Assembly (NCBI RefSeq): GCF_030028105.1
Contig: NC_092377.1
Span: 16,178,782 to 16,242,781, forward strand
From: Mobula birostris
Taxonomy: Eukaryota
DNA length: 64,000 bases
Direction of reading: 5' to 3'
Below, piece by piece: positions 61,252 through 64,000 of the stretch. The translations under genes were made by a program, and so were the position numbers. Within the stretch, counting starts at the first letter, position 1, and each line of letters opens with the position of its first letter. Below the pieces are notes generated by a model that had not been told where the DNA came from, searched no databases, and worked only from the letters and a program-made list of their open reading frames with translations.

Positions 61252-62819
61252 TGTGGAGCAACTGATTGGCTATATTAACAATTCATCCATAATTTTAATT
61301 TGAATATGCATACATTTTGAAAATGACTACGTTTTTGATTCAGCATAGTTAACACATTGAATATTCTATTCCATCTAGAGGCACATTGTCATCATAGGAA
61401 ATTTGGAACTTTTTAATCACAGCGTTTTTGTCTGCTGCTTTTGAAATCCCAGATAAATAATCTTTATTTTTAGAAAGGCTAGAATTGGTAAACTAAATAG
61501 ACATTTATTTAATGCAAGATACTAACAATATGCAGTCAAACCTACCAAAGTTGTATAAGAATTGATGGGGGGAGAAAGATATACTATGCCAATATTGCCA
61601 GCTGTAATACTTCTGTGCCAGCTGTTCATGCTGTGCCAACTACACTGACACTGTCAATTGTGCCAAAGGTACTAGCTGTGCATCAGTGCCATTGATGCCA
61701 GCTGTGCCATTTGTGCCAACTGTGCTGTCTTTCCATTTGTGCCAAACTTATCTGTGCACAAAATCCCTGGTCTTAGTGATCAACATTTGCTTAGCTTCCG
61801 CAGTCTATAGATACTACATAAGCCCAAGTTTGTTTTGCAAGGCAGTATACAGTATTTTCACGAGTTAGTCATTCTAGACTTTGCTGGAGAGTTTCAGTTC
61901 GTTAAAGGGCGCATACAATTTGTGGGACCTCTGAACACAAACAAAAGATTCAGGCATGTGGCAATCAATATTTCCAGATAAGTACACTGTGATGCTTTTA
62001 ACTGTCCTTTATTTACCGCTATGAAGTTTCTGTGGCCCAAATGAAAACAAACTTTCAATCTGTTTTTATTGGAATACTGAAAGTGCAATGGTGGCTGTAA
62101 ATGTACATATTATGTGAGCAGTGTCACAGTTCAAAGAGGACTACGACACAGATCAGTGTTCGTCAGCATTTCTGCCCTGCCTTCCTCCACCAAGCAAATT
62201 ACATTGTCATACCCATAAACGCCAGTAAAGTTGCCGTCTCAGTCCCCTCTCCCATCTCTGCATTTTTCTTAGCGTATACCAGGCCACGTTCTGTGCTTCT
62301 GTTCCAAACTCTGACCTGCCCGACTGCCATTTCTCAGCTGATGTTGCCAAGAATCAACACTATGCCCTTTCACTTTCCAGCAAGAAAAAATCAGGGGAAT
62401 GCTGTTGCAAGATGGAGCCAGCGCAACATCTACAGCACAAAGCAAGAAGGATGAGGGCTAAATTAACTGGCTGTAGTGTTAATAAAGCTCTTGTATTATT
62501 AAAATAGAGATATTAAGTCAAGGATAACCATACCTTCTGGTACCATTTCACTGGTTTATTTTGTAAGGGAAGGATTTACAAGGCAAATGAGCAGTGTGAT
62601 TCCCACCACTGGAAACTGACAAAGGCAATTTAATGGGCTGTTGTGTATAACAGATGCCAAATGTATGGACTCTTTACTTTAAAGGACTGTTCATGATCAA
62701 AAGGAAAACTTTGGCAATTCAACAATATTTTAAAAGATTAATTGTTTCAGGCAGCCTACAGATACCAGTTGCAATCTCTTCTCAGTGACATTGAGTAAAC
62801 CACATCAGGTAGCCCAAAC

Positions 62820-63140
62820 CAGATGAATCAGAACCAGGTTTAATATCACCAGCAGATGTCGTGAAATTTGTTATCTTTGCAGCAGCAGTACAATGCAATA
62901 CATGCAAAAAAAGGTGATTTTCAGCAAAATATATATTTTTATTAAACTTATATACATATAAAATAGTTAAATTAAATAACTCATGGAAAAACAGAAACAA
63001 ACAAGTAGTGAGTTAGTGTTCATGAGTTCAATGTCCATTCAGAAATCTAACGACAGAGAGAACGAAGCTGTTAAGTTGTTCCCGAATTGTTGAGTGTGTG
63101 CCTTCAGGCTCCTTCCTCATGGTAACAATAAGAAGAGATG
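62820..63140 (-). mobile_element. Rex1/Babar 3' end
   Basis: Homologous to 19256-19400 plus 19750-19960. Confidence 0.8.
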
Positions 63141-63867
63141 TTGGGGATGAAGAGATTCATTTCCAAAAGGGCAACGAGGAATGAGTGGGAATATTGTTAA
63201 TTGTTCTGCCCATTCCTTTTTTTTTTCTGTCCCAGCCCACAAAATACATGAATTATTGAACCTAGTACTACAAATTATAAAGGGAAGATTATAATGTCTC
63301 TGTTACCGGTAAATACAAACAACAGACTACTGTACCTTAACTTCTAAGTAGAGATTTACATAAAGATGAAGAAAGGTAACTGTCATTGAACATTTCAAGA
63401 GTATTAAGTTCAAAGATCAAAATCTGGAAGGGATTCTGGTGCTTAGAATGTTATAATTTATGAAGTACACAAAATGGATATTTTTTCCATTTTGAGTACA
63501 GTTATTTAAAGATTTCTGTTCAATCTAGTATATGAATATTTAACTTGTGAAAGTAATGATGAATATGAATATAAATATAGTTTATATTGACAACTAAATT
63601 ATCAAACTAAATTGTGAATATTAAAAAAATGTGTATTATTCCGTTTAGAATTATTTAGTGTGTGGCCTTATTCACTGTATTGTTAAAGTTATTGAAAGAT
63701 AGCTGTTAAATTCCTTCCAGATGTATAATTATTCCTCAGTTAAACCAATTCAATGGTCTTTTGTGCGTGCAGAATGATTAGAATAACTGTACTAGGGAAT
63801 TTATATGACTAGCTTGGCTCAATGAAAAGAAAATGTTCATTTTCATGACAAGCTTCGCTTAATTAAT

Positions 63868-64000
63868 AGGCGCCGCAGTAGCGCATTGCTGTTGCAGCTC
63901 GTGGCATTCTGGAGTACAGAGTTCAATTCTGGCGCCGTTCTGTAAGGAGTATGTGCTGCATGTGAAATGCGTGGGTTTCTGCCGGGTGCTCCAGTTTCCT
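63868..64000 (+). mobile_element. V-SINE (truncated by the window end)
   Basis: gagttcaattc B-box, then gcgtgggtttctgccgggtgctccagtttcct V-domain. Confidence 0.75.

Overview
This is eukaryotic vertebrate DNA. The repeat complement (CR1, Rex1/Babar, Penelope, V-SINEs) suggests a cartilaginous fish, probably a ray, but this is inference. One host gene is recognisable: ZBTB18 (RP58/ZNF238) on the minus strand. Its large coding exon is 56350-57941, followed by a ~1.9 kb 3'UTR ending at an AATAAA at 54471-54476, with a CpG-island promoter at ~59.0-60.5 kb. The ~51 kb downstream of the gene (1-51.6 kb) is mostly decayed and nested transposons. These include CR1 (with ORF1 SGNH esterase remnants), Rex1/Babar, RTE, L1, two Penelope families, a full-length dead hAT/Buster element and a related MITE, Tc1 derivatives, a solo LTR and several SINE families, many with readable target-site duplications. 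Short unique islands between them may be conserved non-coding elements. Almost all other ORFs in the track are TE remnants or chance frames. The most unusual non-coding signal is a dispersed set of Penelope-derived fold-back elements carrying minimal hammerhead ribozyme cores; at least one is intact (26511-26548). Possible ZBTB18 regulatory features also stand out: a perfect RP58 site in its own 5' region, an overlapping uORF, a dual-use AG|GT site and dense miRNA seeds. I found no convincing evidence of a wholly new protein-coding system.
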